A stretch of 64,000 bases of DNA, taken from Candidatus Sabulitectum sp. (lineage in GTDB: Bacteria; Fermentibacterota; Fermentibacteria; Fermentibacterales; JCC-6). Of the stretch, positions 36,250-46,212 are shown one piece after another. The position numbers and the translations under genes are program-made. The DNA lies in contig JAIOSV010000089.1 in the NCBI GenBank assembly GCA_021107435.1, positions 39,388 to 103,387 of the forward strand. The letters are read 5' to 3'. The notes under the pieces are model-generated. The model saw nothing but the letters and a program-made list of their open reading frames with translations, had not been told where the DNA came from and did no database searches. Position 1 is the first letter of the stretch. Each line of letters begins with the position of its first letter.

Positions 36250-36766
36250 TCTTCACCTCACTCTGTCTCTCTGAGTTAAAACCGTTGTAATTTTTAAGCT
36301 CATCGCCATAAAAAACCACAGAGTAAGACTCAAAGCCGGATGTATTGTAAATAAACTTTCCGCTGAAAAACCTGTTGCCGTCAAGCCATTTCATGAAAAT
36401 TCTGTCTCCGTCCCAGAGAGAAAGAGCCATCAGATCACTGTCCTTTATCCAGAGTAAATCACCTTCGTGGCAGCTACTCTTCAGATCACCCGAAAACTCC
36501 TCAGCAGTAAAAACATACACATACCAGTCCTCCTCGCTATCAAAGGCCGGAAAGGTCAAAATGCCCCGCATCCGAGGATTCACCACAATCAGATCCGTTT
36601 CCTCAAAAACTTCCCTTACAGCGCACTCCTCTGGAGTCTCCCCCGGCTCAAGCTTGCCCCCCGGCGCATTCCACTTACCGAAATGCGTGTCTTCCGGTCG
36701 GGAATTACGGTGCATCATGAGGGTTCTGCCGTTGTTTCTCAAGTAACAGAGAACTGCAAGTTTCAT
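36236..36766 (-). CDS. Nudix hydrolase (MutT-like)
   Basis: Nudix box GGKLEPGETPEECAVREVFEETDL (GX5EX7REUXEEXGU). Confidence 0.85.
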   Translation of the reverse strand: MKLAVLCYLRNNGRTLMMHRNSRPEDTHFGKWNAPGGKLEPGETPEECAVREVFEETDLIVVNPRMRGILTFPAFDSEEDWYVYVFTAEEFSGDLKSSCHEGDLLWIKDSDLMALSLWDGDRIFMKWLDGNRFFSGKFIYNTSGFESYSVVFYGDELKNYNGFNSERQSEVKNASQ

Positions 36767-36866
36767 AATACCGAATATATTCAGGTGGAGCTCTGGAACA
36801 AATAGACCTCATCGGGGTTGAACAGTATGTTAGCGGTTAATGTACACATAAGACTGAAGGTGAAAA

Positions 36867-38897
36867 ATGATTCTCGGCATACTGTTCTTCCTGCTGTCCA
36901 CCACTGAAACAGACACATTCACTCCACTTCCTTCGGGGTATTCAATCTCACAGAGGGATGGAGTAAGCACAGTAGCTGTTGAGAAGAAAGATGGCTTCTT
37001 TTCTGCGGAACCCGGAGCACCTTTTCTTCCCCTCGTTTCCAGAGTCTTTATTCTTCCCGGAAGATGCGAAGTTCTTTCTCTTTCAGTGAATTTCGAACAA
37101 CCGGCATACATTGAAAAACTCCCCGCTCCTCTGGCTGGTGCCCCTGTTGTTCAGCCGACAGGCCGATCAAACCACCAGGCACTCACTGCCTCCACTGCCA
37201 GCATACCATCCGGTGGTCAGTCTTTCTCCTTCCATACAGGTCACATTCTTGATGCGTACACTATTGTTTCATGCTCTGTAAACCCTTGGATCTACGATTC
37301 AGGCACACAGGAACTGGGACTGTCTGCTTCCTGTACGATCGAACTTGACTGGGTTAGTACCTGCTCCCAGGCCGATCTATCTGAATGTCAGATTGAAATG
37401 CTTGATTTCCGCATAGCTTCTCTGGCTGACAGATACGGTGTATTGCTCACACAAACTCCTTATCTGCCGGGAACTGACTCCGGTATTGACTATCTGATTA
37501 TCACGTCCGAGAATCTCCTTGATGAAACAGCCATACTTGAAAACCTCCTTGATAGAAAAGAGATCACCTTCCAGACTCTTACCGTTCAGGCAATCAGCGG
37601 CAACTGGGAAGGTATTGACATACAGGAGGATATAAGAAACTGCATCAGGCACTATGCTTTCAATCAGGGGACCGCTTTTGTCCTTCTTGCGGGTGATGAA
37701 ACCGTTGTTCCTGTACGAGAAATCTATACAGAGTGTGAAGGATTGAGTGAACTGGCTCCCTCCGACCTGTACTACGCTGACCTTGATGGATCATGGGATC
37801 ATAACGGCAATGGAATCTATGGAGAATACGCCGACAGCCTTGATCTTTACGCTGATGTGCTGCTGGGAAGACTTCTATTCTCCACCTCAGCAGGAGCCAC
37901 TGCTGTTTTTGAGAAAAACACAATTTACGCCAGTGTCAGCACCTCTGAGACATGGTATAAAAGCGCAGTTCTCTGCGGAGCGATGCTCTTCAAGGAAATT
38001 GGATATGTGGGCGCAAAGGGTTGCGAGATCATGGCTGAAGAATTCCCTGACGATTTCACTTTAACCAGGGCTTACGAATTGTCTGTAGGAGATTATCCGG
38101 ACACCTACTTCCCAGTACTTTATGATGGAGCAGGCTGGAACCACTATGCAGGCCATGGAAACGACAGAGGCGTTTACTGGGCAGGCAACGGCGCTGCCAT
38201 ATTAAACATAGCCAGAATGGATGGTTTCAGCGAGGAATACACTGGAACCAACGAAGATGCCAACCCTGGCCGAACTGGCATTCACACCTGCATAGGATGC
38301 CACACAGGTGACTTCACCGATCCGGGCGTCTGTCTCCCTGACACGCTTCTTACACTGCCCAACGGCGGCGGAGTAGCAGGCATGTTCAACACTTCATGGG
38401 GATGGGAAGGCTACTGGCCTGAGATCGGATCTTCTGAAAGACTCTGCAACAACACCGTGGAGCAGGTCTATCAGCAGAAAGCACCATCGCTGGGGCTTGC
38501 GTACACAACAGCAAAAGATCTTGAGATTCCCATGATGACTGGCCCCTATGACAGGGTAATGCAATCTGTCATCGCTTACTCCGCTTTCATGGATCCGTCT
38601 CTGAAGGTTCTCGGAGTCAGCAGTTTCAACCCTATTCCGCCTTCACCATTCCAGGTGGTCATGCTGAGCCCCAACCCGCTTACTGATGAAGTGATCACCT
38701 TTAAGGTTACCGGCATCTCCACCACCTATGATATAGCCGTCTTCAATCTTGCGGGAAGAGTTGTTGAATCTTTAAGCCTTCCGCAGAATACTATGCACTC
38801 CGTAGGGCTGGAATCATTTCCAGTGGGTGTTTACTTCGTCTCCGCCAGAGCACCCGGGGGAGTCATCGCTTCAGGAAGCTTCGTCCTGCTGAGGTAG
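36867..38897 (+). CDS. Peptidase C25 (gingipain-like) family protein with T9SS-type C-terminal sorting domain
   Basis: 676-aa protein with a signal peptide. It has a C25-like core (…VLLAGDE…, HYAGHGN His-Gly block, CIGCHTGDF Cys block). The C-terminal ~80 aa (…GVYFVSARAPGGVIASGSFVLLR) match a T9SS type-A CTD pattern. Confidence 0.6.
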   Translation: MILGILFFLLSTTETDTFTPLPSGYSISQRDGVSTVAVEKKDGFFSAEPGAPFLPLVSRVFILPGRCEVLSLSVNFEQPAYIEKLPAPLAGAPVVQPTGRSNHQALTASTASIPSGGQSFSFHTGHILDAYTIVSCSVNPWIYDSGTQELGLSASCTIELDWVSTCSQADLSECQIEMLDFRIASLADRYGVLLTQTPYLPGTDSGIDYLIITSENLLDETAILENLLDRKEITFQTLTVQAISGNWEGIDIQEDIRNCIRHYAFNQGTAFVLLAGDETVVPVREIYTECEGLSELAPSDLYYADLDGSWDHNGNGIYGEYADSLDLYADVLLGRLLFSTSAGATAVFEKNTIYASVSTSETWYKSAVLCGAMLFKEIGYVGAKGCEIMAEEFPDDFTLTRAYELSVGDYPDTYFPVLYDGAGWNHYAGHGNDRGVYWAGNGAAILNIARMDGFSEEYTGTNEDANPGRTGIHTCIGCHTGDFTDPGVCLPDTLLTLPNGGGVAGMFNTSWGWEGYWPEIGSSERLCNNTVEQVYQQKAPSLGLAYTTAKDLEIPMMTGPYDRVMQSVIAYSAFMDPSLKVLGVSSFNPIPPSPFQVVMLSPNPLTDEVITFKVTGISTTYDIAVFNLAGRVVESLSLPQNTMHSVGLESFPVGVYFVSARAPGGVIASGSFVLLR

Positions 38898-40880
38898 TCA
38901 TCGTATGAGTGTTACACGCCTGCACACTGAGTTTCCGTTCTGAGACAGTCTCATAATGTATACTCCAGCTGGAAGACTGGCGCTATCCCATTCAAGAGAC
39001 AAGGAGAACTCCATGTGCTCAACCAGAGGTTCAGCCACCGCTCTTCCAGTCAAGTCATAAACCGCGAATTGAACCAATCCATTCCCGCCCTGGATTTCCA
39101 CAATCGAACCGGCATAAACAGGATTCGGTACAAAAATGGCAAGGGTGCCTGCCTCAGATCCGTTTTCAATCTGAAATGACGATCCGTTCCCGGTATGGTT
39201 TCCCGAGCCCGGTGACGAATTTGAAAGTATCTGCCATTCGCCTGTAGAATCCGGAGATCGGCCATAGCTGATGTCTGTTCCCAGAGCAGGAAATGTAATC
39301 TGGTCAACTATGATCCACGACTGAAGCAGATACACCTCTTCGCCGTCCGAATCCAGTTTGAAGCATGTATGCATTGAGCCCTGTTCCTCATCGGAGTCAG
39401 TCCAGATGACGAAATACTCACCGGACTCAATCACTGTATCAGGAAATGCGTATTTGTGCGGAAAGGCCATGTCGTCAGTGAGGTAGAAACTGCTGAGATT
39501 TATGCTTTCACTACCGCAATTTGCAACCTCAAGCCAATCGTTGTATTCATCGAAAGCATCGGCGATAGTGGTATCGTTTTTGGCCATAAGTTCGTTAAGC
39601 ACAAGCCCCTCCACCGGCTCCCAGCTGCCCAGAAGGTTCGTCAGGTAAGCATCACGGTTCCTGATAAAAGTCTCAAGAGCAGGAATAAAACCTCCAGGAC
39701 CGGTAGGGATGTTCTGATCCATAGCCGCCTCAAACTGTTCCGGGGAAAACATGCTTCTGGGAGGTACTTCCAGGTAAACCCAATCGCGAATGATATCCCT
39801 CAATTCCTCCATTCGGGAGACCAGAGCATCAGGATCAGCACCTCCGCTCATCAGACGAAGAATATGCCCTTCATAGACCTGCTGATACTCGTCCACACTC
39901 CACAGGTTTACCGCCAGAGGTCTGCTTTCCCCGGGAGCCGGGGAGACCCAGTAAATGTCCAGAGACTGAAGTTCTTCTATGGAATGGTTCCAGAAATCAA
40001 ACACTCCCCAGGATTCATTCATATCCCAGTTGCTGAATACAAATCTGTCATCCAGATCTTTGTGATAGAGATAGTAGTTTGCGCACCTCCCCGCGTAACT
40101 GTCCAGATTAACAAGAAGATTGTCAACTGCGAGCAGAGCAAGAGCGGTATTTACATCCATAAGGTTTGAAAGTGAATCCGGAAGGAACTCTGAAGCGGTG
40201 TTGTTCAAGCCATATGTCAGTTCTATGAGTCCGGACCAGTCGTTCTCCTCCTCATTGGTCTTCAACTCATACTCCGTGAAATAAGCCTCTTGAGATTCTC
40301 CCAGATACTCAAGTGAGCCGTGGTTATCTCCCTTCCACAGATTACCGTCTTCCTCCGGGCCGAAATGGTCCTCGACGAACTGGCCGTCAAATTGTTCGAT
40401 AACTGTGTAGAGACCCCAGTAAATATCGTTTATGTAAAGAGCAGCAAAAGTGGTTCTCACTGCAGGCAGGCCAGCTTCCGCACACAACTCGTACGCACAT
40501 ATTTCCCGGACAAAGCTGGGATCGTGAAAATTACAGTTGAGGTTTATCTTCCTGAGACCGAGGAAATCCTGATTATCCACGAACTCGTTGAAATCTATCT
40601 TGAACGATTTTTTCATCGTGGGATTCCCGGTGAAACTCGATCCACCCTTGAAGCGAACTCCCACAGTATCAAATGATACATCTTCCCACTGGAATTCAGC
40701 CTGAAGATAAATCTTATCCTGGTAATTATCTTCCAGCAGACTCCAGAAGTTATCCTCATAGAAATACAGCCTGATTTCCTGAACCTCGTCCCCGACAAAA
40801 AGCGGGTGCTCCTGCGGGGTAAAGTCTCCCGGCGAAAGCGCAGGCAACACCAGAACAAGCAGTCTGCTGAAACACTTCAT
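38898..40880 (-). CDS. CotH-like (atypical kinase fold) protein with lamin-tail-like domain and T9SS-type C-terminal sorting domain
   Basis: 660-aa protein with signal peptide MKCFSRLLVLVLPALS. The central region resembles the CotH family. An LTD-like segment is present (SINLSSFYLTDD…GEYFVIWTDSDE). The C-terminus …GVYIMRLSQNGNSVCRRVTLIR is a T9SS CTD-like tail. Confidence 0.5.
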   Translation of the reverse strand: MKCFSRLLVLVLPALSPGDFTPQEHPLFVGDEVQEIRLYFYEDNFWSLLEDNYQDKIYLQAEFQWEDVSFDTVGVRFKGGSSFTGNPTMKKSFKIDFNEFVDNQDFLGLRKINLNCNFHDPSFVREICAYELCAEAGLPAVRTTFAALYINDIYWGLYTVIEQFDGQFVEDHFGPEEDGNLWKGDNHGSLEYLGESQEAYFTEYELKTNEEENDWSGLIELTYGLNNTASEFLPDSLSNLMDVNTALALLAVDNLLVNLDSYAGRCANYYLYHKDLDDRFVFSNWDMNESWGVFDFWNHSIEELQSLDIYWVSPAPGESRPLAVNLWSVDEYQQVYEGHILRLMSGGADPDALVSRMEELRDIIRDWVYLEVPPRSMFSPEQFEAAMDQNIPTGPGGFIPALETFIRNRDAYLTNLLGSWEPVEGLVLNELMAKNDTTIADAFDEYNDWLEVANCGSESINLSSFYLTDDMAFPHKYAFPDTVIESGEYFVIWTDSDEEQGSMHTCFKLDSDGEEVYLLQSWIIVDQITFPALGTDISYGRSPDSTGEWQILSNSSPGSGNHTGNGSSFQIENGSEAGTLAIFVPNPVYAGSIVEIQGGNGLVQFAVYDLTGRAVAEPLVEHMEFSLSLEWDSASLPAGVYIMRLSQNGNSVCRRVTLIR

Positions 40881-41023
40881 TGACTATTCCTTCCACTGGA
40901 TTACAACCAAAGATGCAGGCAGCCTGTCACAGGAGTGTTTCAGTTTTGTAACAGAATGTAATTCCAGGAAAAGCGCGAATAATCTCTCCCGGGAGTCAGG
41001 ACAAGTTTCTGTGCTCTCTTATG

Positions 41024-41461
41024 TTAATCGTATGCCAGGCGTGTTTCTTCATCTGTAATGACATGCCTGATAAGTTCCTGTGATGCGGTTGACTCCCAGG
41101 TTCCCAGTTTCCGGTGAGTCAGGAAATACTTCTGCGGAACAGGATGGGTGCCGGCAACAACATTCAGCCTGTACTTTACGGGTATGAATTCAGTAAAAGC
41201 CCTAAGCCTTGGACATGGGGGATAGCCAACTATCAGACCGGTAGCAAGATGGATAACTTCTGCTCCATTCTTCTTCATTTCCTCCGGGGCATACTCGACA
41301 TTACCACCGGGACAACCTCCACATGTTGTATAGCCAACAAGCTCGACTTCTTCATTCTTATACAGAGCAAAGGCTCCCTCACGATTCCGCAATGATCGCA
41401 GACACTTTCCACCTGCACAGGTATGGTAACGATCACAGATTATTATTCCAATTTTTTTCAT
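41024..41461 (-). CDS. CGGC-domain protein
   Basis: Start is taken at MKKIGIIICDRYHTCAGGKC. It contains a YTTCGGCPGG motif characteristic of the CGGC domain family. The upstream part of the track ORF lacks support. Confidence 0.6.
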   Translation of the reverse strand: MKKIGIIICDRYHTCAGGKCLRSLRNREGAFALYKNEEVELVGYTTCGGCPGGNVEYAPEEMKKNGAEVIHLATGLIVGYPPCPRLRAFTEFIPVKYRLNVVAGTHPVPQKYFLTHRKLGTWESTASQELIRHVITDEETRLAYD

Positions 41462-41598
41462 GCTGCGCTCCTTCTGCTGTTCTAAAAAGCCTAAGCATAT
41501 CTGCAATGATTGGCAATACTGTAAGATGCCCACGGGGAAGCAGGGCCGGAAGCTGCAGAAATCACCGATTATCATTAAGTGCCCGGGGAGAAAGAGTA

Positions 41599-41868
41599 AT
41601 GATTCGAGTACCAGCAAATAGAACACCAGCGCATCCCGGTGAGATGCTTCTTGAAGAATTCTTGAAGCCTATGAAAATCACTCAAAGAGAGCTGGCTGAT
41701 TCAATCCATGTTCCGTATCAAAGGATTAACGAGATAATCAATGGACGACGCGGAATCACTCCCGGCACTGCTCTGAGGCTGATGAGCTGCGAAGAATCAA
41801 AACTTCTCCCTCTCGCTGCTCCGCACCGGGAGTTGTTGCGAATAAAGCATAGTACTGAAAAACGGTGA
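41599..41868 (+). CDS. HigA-like XRE-family HTH protein (orphan, C-terminally divergent)
   Basis: ATG is at 41599. PAHPGEMLLEEFLKPMKITQRELADSIHVPYQRINEIINGRRGITPGTALRL matches the HigA antitoxin N-terminal consensus. No higB partner is adjacent, and the C-terminal 25 aa do not match HigA. Confidence 0.55.
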   Translation: MIRVPANRTPAHPGEMLLEEFLKPMKITQRELADSIHVPYQRINEIINGRRGITPGTALRLMSCEESKLLPLAAPHRELLRIKHSTEKR

Positions 41869-41894
41869 CAGATTTGACAAAACTGCTTGCGGGT

Positions 41895-42860
41895 TTATTC
41901 CAGCCCTGAGCTGAGCTGAACCAGAAGTTTGTCGAGTTCTTTCTTGCGGGTCCATGCGTCGGCAAGCGGGTGGCGGCTGATTGAACCGTCTTCCACGCCG
42001 ATCATGCAGGGTGCCGCATCATCAAGAAGCGCCTTTATCGCGCCGTAGCCAAGTTTTGTCGCAAGCATTCTGTCCGCCGCAGTGGGGCTGCCGCCGCGCT
42101 GAACATGGCCCAGAACGGTTACACGACTCTTCATTCCAGAGTGGATTTCTATCTTCTTTGCAATCTCGTATGCATTGCCTTCTTCATCGCCCTCGGCGAC
42201 AACAAGAATGCTTGAAGTTCTGCCGTTATCGTATCTGTTCCGGAGCTTTCGGCAGATTTCAGGAATATCCGTTTTTGTTTCCGGTATGAGAATTTCTTCA
42301 GCTCCGGCACCTATTCCAACCTCCAGGGCAATGAAGCCCGCGCGTCTGCCCATTACCTCGACAATAAAAAGTCGGTCGTGAGCGGCTGCTGTATCTCTGA
42401 CTTTGTCGATGGCTTCAAGAGCAGTGTTCACTGCCGTGTCAAATCCTATTGTAAAGTCGCTTCCCCAGATGTCATTGTCTATGGTTGCCGGAATCCCCAC
42501 AACTCTTGTGCCGTGCTCCCGGTGGATATCGTTGGCCCCGCGAAAACTGCCGTCTCCGCCGAGAACAATCAGACCATCAATGTTTCTTTTTCTGAGATTT
42601 TCCGCAGCTTTGATCCTGCCCTCTGCTGTTCTGAACTCTTCGCTTCTGGCGGAATGGAGAATTGTTCCTCCCCGCTGGAGAATATTGCTCACATCAGTGG
42701 AGTACATGGAGTTAAGATCGTCTTCAATCAGTCCCTGAAAACCGCGTTTCACACCAAACACGGAAAGGCCACAGGTGAGTGCTGTCCTCACTGTGGCCCT
42801 TATTCCGGCGTTCATTCCCGGGGCGTCTCCGCCGCTGGTCAGAACTGCAATAGCTTTCAA
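41895..42860 (-). CDS. pfkA: ATP-dependent 6-phosphofructokinase
   Basis: The motifs LTSGGDAPGMNA, GGDGS, IPATIDNDI and MGR are classical PfkA motifs. Confidence 0.95.
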   Translation of the reverse strand: MKAIAVLTSGGDAPGMNAGIRATVRTALTCGLSVFGVKRGFQGLIEDDLNSMYSTDVSNILQRGGTILHSARSEEFRTAEGRIKAAENLRKRNIDGLIVLGGDGSFRGANDIHREHGTRVVGIPATIDNDIWGSDFTIGFDTAVNTALEAIDKVRDTAAAHDRLFIVEVMGRRAGFIALEVGIGAGAEEILIPETKTDIPEICRKLRNRYDNGRTSSILVVAEGDEEGNAYEIAKKIEIHSGMKSRVTVLGHVQRGGSPTAADRMLATKLGYGAIKALLDDAAPCMIGVEDGSISRHPLADAWTRKKELDKLLVQLSSGLE

Positions 42861-42866
42861 GCGTCT

Positions 42867-43241
42867 TTACTTCCCGCTGTCGGCAGGGGAGTCAACAAGC
42901 TCGAGAATAACAGCTTCGGCTGCGTCTCCGTGACGGGGGCCAAGCTTGATTATGCGGGTGTAACCGCCCGGTCTGTCCGCGTAGCGGGGACCAAGTTCGT
43001 TGAATATCTTTTTCACTGCAGGTGAACCGTATACCATGCCGGCAACCAGTCTCCGTGAGTGAACAGTATCCTTCTTGCCCTTTGTAATTATTCTCTCGGC
43101 CAGACTTCTGGTCGCCTTTGCTCTGGCATGACTGGTAACAACTCTTTCCTCAATGAAAAGCGATGTAACCAGATTGCGAAGCATTCTCGTTCTGGCGTCC
43201 TTTTTTCTGCCCAGCTTGGGAGTTGTTTTCCTGTGGCGCAT
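42867..43241 (-). CDS. rplQ: 50S ribosomal protein L17
   Basis: MRHRKTTPKLGRKKDARTRMLRNLVTSLF…. Confidence 0.95.
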   Translation of the reverse strand: MRHRKTTPKLGRKKDARTRMLRNLVTSLFIEERVVTSHARAKATRSLAERIITKGKKDTVHSRRLVAGMVYGSPAVKKIFNELGPRYADRPGGYTRIIKLGPRHGDAAEAVILELVDSPADSGK

Positions 43242-43260
43242 CTAAAACTCCCGATCCTTT

Positions 43261-44235
43261 CTATGTGGCCAGTGAGCGACCATGAGTTTCCAGCAGTTCT
43301 CTGGCAACATCAAGAGATGCCGCGCCGAAATTGCGGAGTTCAAGGAGCTCGTCAGCAGTCTTCGCTGCCAGCTGATCAATTGTGGCAATGCCACCGGCTG
43401 ACAGGATTTTTACATACCTCTTTGAGAGGTCGGTGTCGGCAAGATCAACATCCTCCATAGAGGGTTTATCCTCAAGCACTTCCGATTCCTCTACTATCTC
43501 TTCTTCTGTTATCTCCGGAGCAGGCTCTTCAATCCCGATGCCGAGAATCATCTCAAAATGTCTCATAAGAATCTTCGTGGCATTCTCAATCGCATCCCTG
43601 GGAGAGATGCTTCCATCTGTAGTTACTTCAATGTTGAGACGATCAAAATCAGTTCGATCTCCCACGCGAGCACTCTCAACTTCGAAGTTAACCTTTTTCA
43701 CCGGACAGAACCATGAGTCAACAAGGATTGTGCCGATTTCACGGCCTTTACCTGCATTGTACCACTCGTCCTGTGTTATGAAGCCTTTACCTCTTTCAAT
43801 ATCAACGGTAATATCAAGCTCTCCACCGTCCTCTGTAATTTCAGCAATAACCTGATCAGAATTTGAAATGGTAATGCCTTCAGGACATTCGAACGATCCA
43901 CCGGTATACACTCCGGGTTCAGTTGCTTTGAGTGAGAGTTGAACAGTTTCAACACCATCATACCTGACAGCAAGTGACTTCACATTGAGAATGATATCCG
44001 GTACATCTTCCAGTACACCACTAAGTGTGCTGAATTCGTGCTCAGCACCCTTGATAGAAACGGAAACCGGTGCCGCACCTTCCAGAGAAGAGAGCATTAC
44101 TCGGCGAAGAGCTGTACCCAGCGTTCTGCCAAACCCTCTTTCAAGAGCAGTAACAGTCATTCTGCCGTAAACATCGGTCAGGGTTTCATTATCCCACTCA
44201 ATGACATCCGGCAGATGAAGTTTCATGAATTCCAT
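43261..44235 (-). CDS. rpoA: DNA-directed RNA polymerase subunit alpha
   Basis: 324-aa protein with N-terminal dimerisation-domain motifs (ERGFGRTLG.ALRRVMLSSL) and a C-terminal CTD (…LELRNFG…). Confidence 0.95.
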   Translation of the reverse strand: MEFMKLHLPDVIEWDNETLTDVYGRMTVTALERGFGRTLGTALRRVMLSSLEGAAPVSVSIKGAEHEFSTLSGVLEDVPDIILNVKSLAVRYDGVETVQLSLKATEPGVYTGGSFECPEGITISNSDQVIAEITEDGGELDITVDIERGKGFITQDEWYNAGKGREIGTILVDSWFCPVKKVNFEVESARVGDRTDFDRLNIEVTTDGSISPRDAIENATKILMRHFEMILGIGIEEPAPEITEEEIVEESEVLEDKPSMEDVDLADTDLSKRYVKILSAGGIATIDQLAAKTADELLELRNFGAASLDVARELLETHGRSLAT

Positions 44236-44264
44236 CGTATCCCCCCGAAAGCTGAAGTTTTCAG

Positions 44265-44663
44265 TTACTTACCTCTGCGCCTCTTGTTAAGCCTGCAGCC
44301 ATTGTGAGGTATCCTGGTGATATCCTTCACTCCGGTCACTTCCAGGTCTGTTGATTGAAGCGCGCGAACTGCCGCTTCTCTTCCAGAACCGGGCCCTCTA
44401 ACCCATACTTCAACTTTTTTCAGTCCGGCCTCAAGAGCCTTCTCGGCTGCCTGTACTGAAGCCTGACTTGCCGCGAACGCAGTACTTTTTCTTGTTCCGT
44501 GAACACCCGTAGTGCCGCCACTGGCCCAGGTGATAACATTCCCATTCCTGTCAGAAATGGTTATCACTGTGTTGTTGAAAGAGGATTTGATGTGGGCCAC
44601 ACCGTGTATATCAGAGACCTTAACGATCTTTTTTGTGGTTCTGCGTGCTTTTCCTTTAGGCAT
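44265..44663 (-). CDS. rpsK: 30S ribosomal protein S11
   Basis: …[30 protein letters not shown]…PHNGCR. Confidence 0.95.
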   Translation of the reverse strand: MPKGKARRTTKKIVKVSDIHGVAHIKSSFNNTVITISDRNGNVITWASGGTTGVHGTRKSTAFAASQASVQAAEKALEAGLKKVEVWVRGPGSGREAAVRALQSTDLEVTGVKDITRIPHNGCRLNKRRRGK

Positions 44664-44670
44664 GACTCAC

Positions 44671-45036
44671 CTACTTTCTCTTTCCATGACCGCGCTTGGG
44701 ACCTTTCCGGGTCCTGGCGTTGGTGTGGGTACGCTGTCCGCGTACAGGAAGGTTCTTCCTGTGTCTGAGCCCGCGATAGCAGCCAATATCCATCAGTCTC
44801 TTGCGGTTCATAGTAACTTCTGCTCTGAGAGAGCCTTCAACCTTGTATCCATCTTCAATAACTTTACGGAGAGCCGCAACATCGGTCTCCGTAAGGGTAT
44901 CGGTACTTCTGTCAAAAGGTATTCCCGCTTTTGTGAGAATCTCTCTGGACGAAGTCATACCTATACCGTGAATGTATGGGAGCGCGTAAACTACCATTTT
45001 GTTACGCGGCAGATCCACACCTGCTATTCTCGCCAA
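44671..45036 (-). CDS. rpsM: 30S ribosomal protein S13 (TTG start)
   Basis: [13 protein letters not shown]… The start codon was checked by hand and is TTG (revcomp caa at 45034-45036). Confidence 0.95.
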   Translation of the reverse strand: MARIAGVDLPRNKMVVYALPYIHGIGMTSSREILTKAGIPFDRSTDTLTETDVAALRKVIEDGYKVEGSLRAEVTMNRKRLMDIGCYRGLRHRKNLPVRGQRTHTNARTRKGPKRGHGKRK

Positions 45037-45065
45037 TTGTTACCTCCGTTAATGCCGCCCGGCGG

Positions 45066-45182
45066 CTATCCCTGCCTCTGCTTGTGACGTGGATTGCGGG
45101 AACATATAACGAATACTCTTCCCTCTCTCCGTACAATTCGACAGTATTCGCAAATCTTCTTAACTGAGCTGCGTACTTTCAT
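45066..45182 (-). CDS. rpmJ: 50S ribosomal protein L36
   Basis: It is not in the ORF track because it is under 60 aa. Hand translation gives [38 protein letters not shown]. The RBS is AGGT. Confidence 0.9.
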   Translation of the reverse strand: MKVRSSVKKICEYCRIVRREGRVFVICSRNPRHKQRQG

Positions 45183-45192
45183 TGCTTTTACC

Positions 45193-45417
45193 TCACTTAT
45201 ACCTGTAAGTGATTCGTCCTCTGCTCAAATCGTAAGGAGACAGTTCTACTGTCACCCTGTCCCCGATCAGAATACGAATGTAGTGCATCCTCATCTTGCC
45301 TGACACATGACAGAGAACAACATGTCCCTCCGGCTTATCAAGCTCAACGCGACACATGCTGTTTGGAAGGGTCTCCAGAACCGTTCCGTCAACAACTATG
45401 CCCTGTTCTTTCGCCAT
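45193..45417 (-). CDS. infA: Translation initiation factor IF-1
   Basis: [26 protein letters not shown]…. Confidence 0.95.
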   Translation of the reverse strand: MAKEQGIVVDGTVLETLPNSMCRVELDKPEGHVVLCHVSGKMRMHYIRILIGDRVTVELSPYDLSRGRITYRYK

Positions 45418-45465
45418 CTTGTCCTCTCCATTTGGTCAAGGAAGTGCAAATATCTTTATAAAAGA

Positions 45466-46212
45466 CTATGCCGTCAATATTTCCGGCTCATTGCCGTTAA
45501 CCATGATAGTGTTCTCTGCGTGAGCGGAGAGACTTCCATCATCAGTAACAACTGTCCATCCGTCCTGCAAACATCGAACACCGGAAGCACCAGCATTCAC
45601 CATGGGTTCAATTGCCAGCAGAAGTCCGTTACTGAGCTTCATGCCTTTTCCCGCTTTTCCGTAATTCGGTACTTGCGGTTTCTCATGAAGTTTCCTGCCG
45701 ATTCCATGCCCCACCAGTTGGTAAACAACACTGAATCCGTTTGCCTCCACACAGCTCTGTACAGCATGTCCTATATCTCCTACACAATTACCGTGAACAG
45801 CAGCAGCTATTCCCAGACTCCTTGCTTCATAAGTTACCTCCACAAGTCTTCTGGCTTCCGGTGATACGCTTCCAACCATAATGGTTTCAGCAGCATCACC
45901 GTGGTAACCGTTCTTGTAGGCACCTACATCGATACCCACAATATCTCCATCTTTTACTGCCCTGTCGGCGGATGGAATGCCATGCACAACTTCGCGATTG
46001 ATGGAAACACAAACCGCTGCCGGATATCCGTTGTAGTTGAGAAAAGAAGGAACTGCGCCCTCTGCTCTCAAGATATCCCGTCCCAGTGCATTAATCTCCG
46101 CCGTGGTAACACCCGGCTGAATAAATTGTGCAAGTTCCGTGAGAACCTTCCTCACTATTCTGCACGATTCCCTCACCGCAGCTACATCCCTTTTCAGAGT
46201 AACTATTCCCAT
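45466..46212 (-). CDS. map: Methionine aminopeptidase type I
   Basis: It has the motifs GYPAAVCVSINREVVHGIP, DIVGIDVG, GYHGD and HGIGRKLHE, the metal-ligand motifs of the family. Confidence 0.95.
   Translation of the reverse strand: MGIVTLKRDVAAVRESCRIVRKVLTELAQFIQPGVTTAEINALGRDILRAEGAVPSFLNYNGYPAAVCVSINREVVHGIPSADRAVKDGDIVGIDVGAYKNGYHGDAAETIMVGSVSPEARRLVEVTYEARSLGIAAAVHGNCVGDIGHAVQSCVEANGFSVVYQLVGHGIGRKLHEKPQVPNYGKAGKGMKLSNGLLLAIEPMVNAGASGVRCLQDGWTVVTDDGSLSAHAENTIMVNGNEPEILTA

Noticed and set aside
39456-40169. 237-aa plus ORF inside the CotH-like gene
   Set aside because: It is antisense to a 660-aa ORF with a signal peptide and a CTD. It has no independent support.
41323-41598. N-terminal 92 codons of the track ORF 41323..41868
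   Set aside because: This stretch overlaps the CGGC gene on the opposite strand. The HigA homology begins exactly at the ATG at 41599, which has its own RBS-like GGGGAG.
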